In this document: positions 24,017 through 24,419 of the stretch, in pieces
Layout: each line of letters opens with the position of its first letter
How positions within the stretch are numbered: the first letter of the stretch is position 1
From: a virus
Direction: 5' to 3' (one strand)
DNA length: 24,419 nt
IMG/VR virus record: IMGVR_UViG_3300025326_000758
Made by a program: the position numbers and the translations under genes
Notes under the pieces: generated by a model
Database searches by the model: none
What the model saw: only the letters and a program-made list of their open reading frames with translations
Told to the model about the DNA's origin: nothing

Positions 24017-24419
24017 GAGCCTCCCTTGTAGACATTTCTCGTTACCAAGAGGTGATAGACGCCTCCAAGATCAAGGCCGCAGGATTTTGTGGGATCATTG
24101 CTCGTTGTACTATCGGGTTCATGGAAGACGGCTCCTCCGTAGGAAAGGGGCTGGACTTCTACAAGAACTCCCAGAAACAAGCTAGAGATAACGGGCTGAT
24201 CTTCGGGGCCTATCATGTCCTGTGGCCGTCAAACAAAGCGCCCATACGGGAAGCGGACAACTTCCTAGGAAAATGTGGGGATATCGACTTTTCGGTGATT
24301 GATGTAGAACTGCTGGGAGGGCAATCCTTATCTCAGGTACAGGGGCAGTCAAAGGCTTGGCTAGAGAGAGTCGAGGGCGTTCAGGGGAAGAAACCGTGGG
24401 TGTACACGGGGAGTTGGTT
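24013..24419 (+). CDS. GH25 muramidase (endolysin), 3'-truncated by the window end; not in the ORF track
   Basis: My translation: MRASLVDISRYQEVIDASKIKAAGFCGIIARCTIG...GLIFGAYHVL...EADNF...SVIDVE...KPWVYTGSW; contains the GH25 D(I/V)S.YQ, GAYH, DxE and YT motifs. Confidence 0.88.
   Translation, partial: MRASLVDISRYQEVIDASKIKAAGFCGIIARCTIGFMEDGSSVGKGLDFYKNSQKQARDNGLIFGAYHVLWPSNKAPIREADNFLGKCGDIDFSVIDVELLGGQSLSQVQGQSKAWLERVEGVQGKKPWVYTGSW

Larger units (their letters stand above)
1..24419 (+). mobile_element. Tailed dsDNA phage/prophage late (morphogenesis-lysis) region, podovirus-like
   Basis: All credible ORFs are on +, densely packed with translational-coupling junctions. Order is scaffold, major capsid, accessory block, fibres, adaptor, nozzle, lysin. 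No host housekeeping genes, integrase or att site seen in the window. Confidence 0.93.

Noticed and set aside
1-24419. Stop-codon reassignment, tRNA genes, introns or inteins
   Set aside because: Genes tile the strand under code 11 with TAA, TAG and TGA all used as stops; no intergenic space or motifs for tRNAs, introns or inteins were seen.

Overview
The whole 24.4-kb window reads as one co-oriented (+ strand), tightly packed late/morphogenesis region of a tailed dsDNA bacteriophage or prophage (roughly mid-50s % GC by eye, standard genetic code, many ATGA/TGATG/TAATG gene junctions). Order: C-terminal part of a large virion-type protein, scaffold-like protein, N4-gp56-family major capsid protein, a GC-rich hairpin, then an ~8-kb accessory block, then fibre/adhesin-like genes, podovirus-like head-tail adaptor and nozzle, a Vsr/DUF559-like nuclease, a fibre-like protein, a small membrane ORF and a 3'-truncated GH25 endolysin. 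The accessory block holds a soluble GT-A glycosyltransferase, two paralogous pentapeptide-repeat proteins, a SAM methyltransferase, NeuA-family cytidylyltransferase, a 3-helix PnuC-like protein, NeuB-family synthase, an FMN alpha-hydroxy-acid oxidase and a D-2-hydroxyacid dehydrogenase. The adhesin-like genes include a 1030-aa protein with 20 tandem GIASxExFG repeats, a signal-peptide lectin-like protein and three C1q-like domains. The most striking candidate system is a phage-encoded nonulosonate (sialic-acid-like) synthesis, activation, modification and transfer cassette between capsid and tail genes, possibly gated by an RNA hairpin whose loop is complementary to the cassette's first ribosome-binding site. 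All family calls come from motif recognition by eye; no database search was run.
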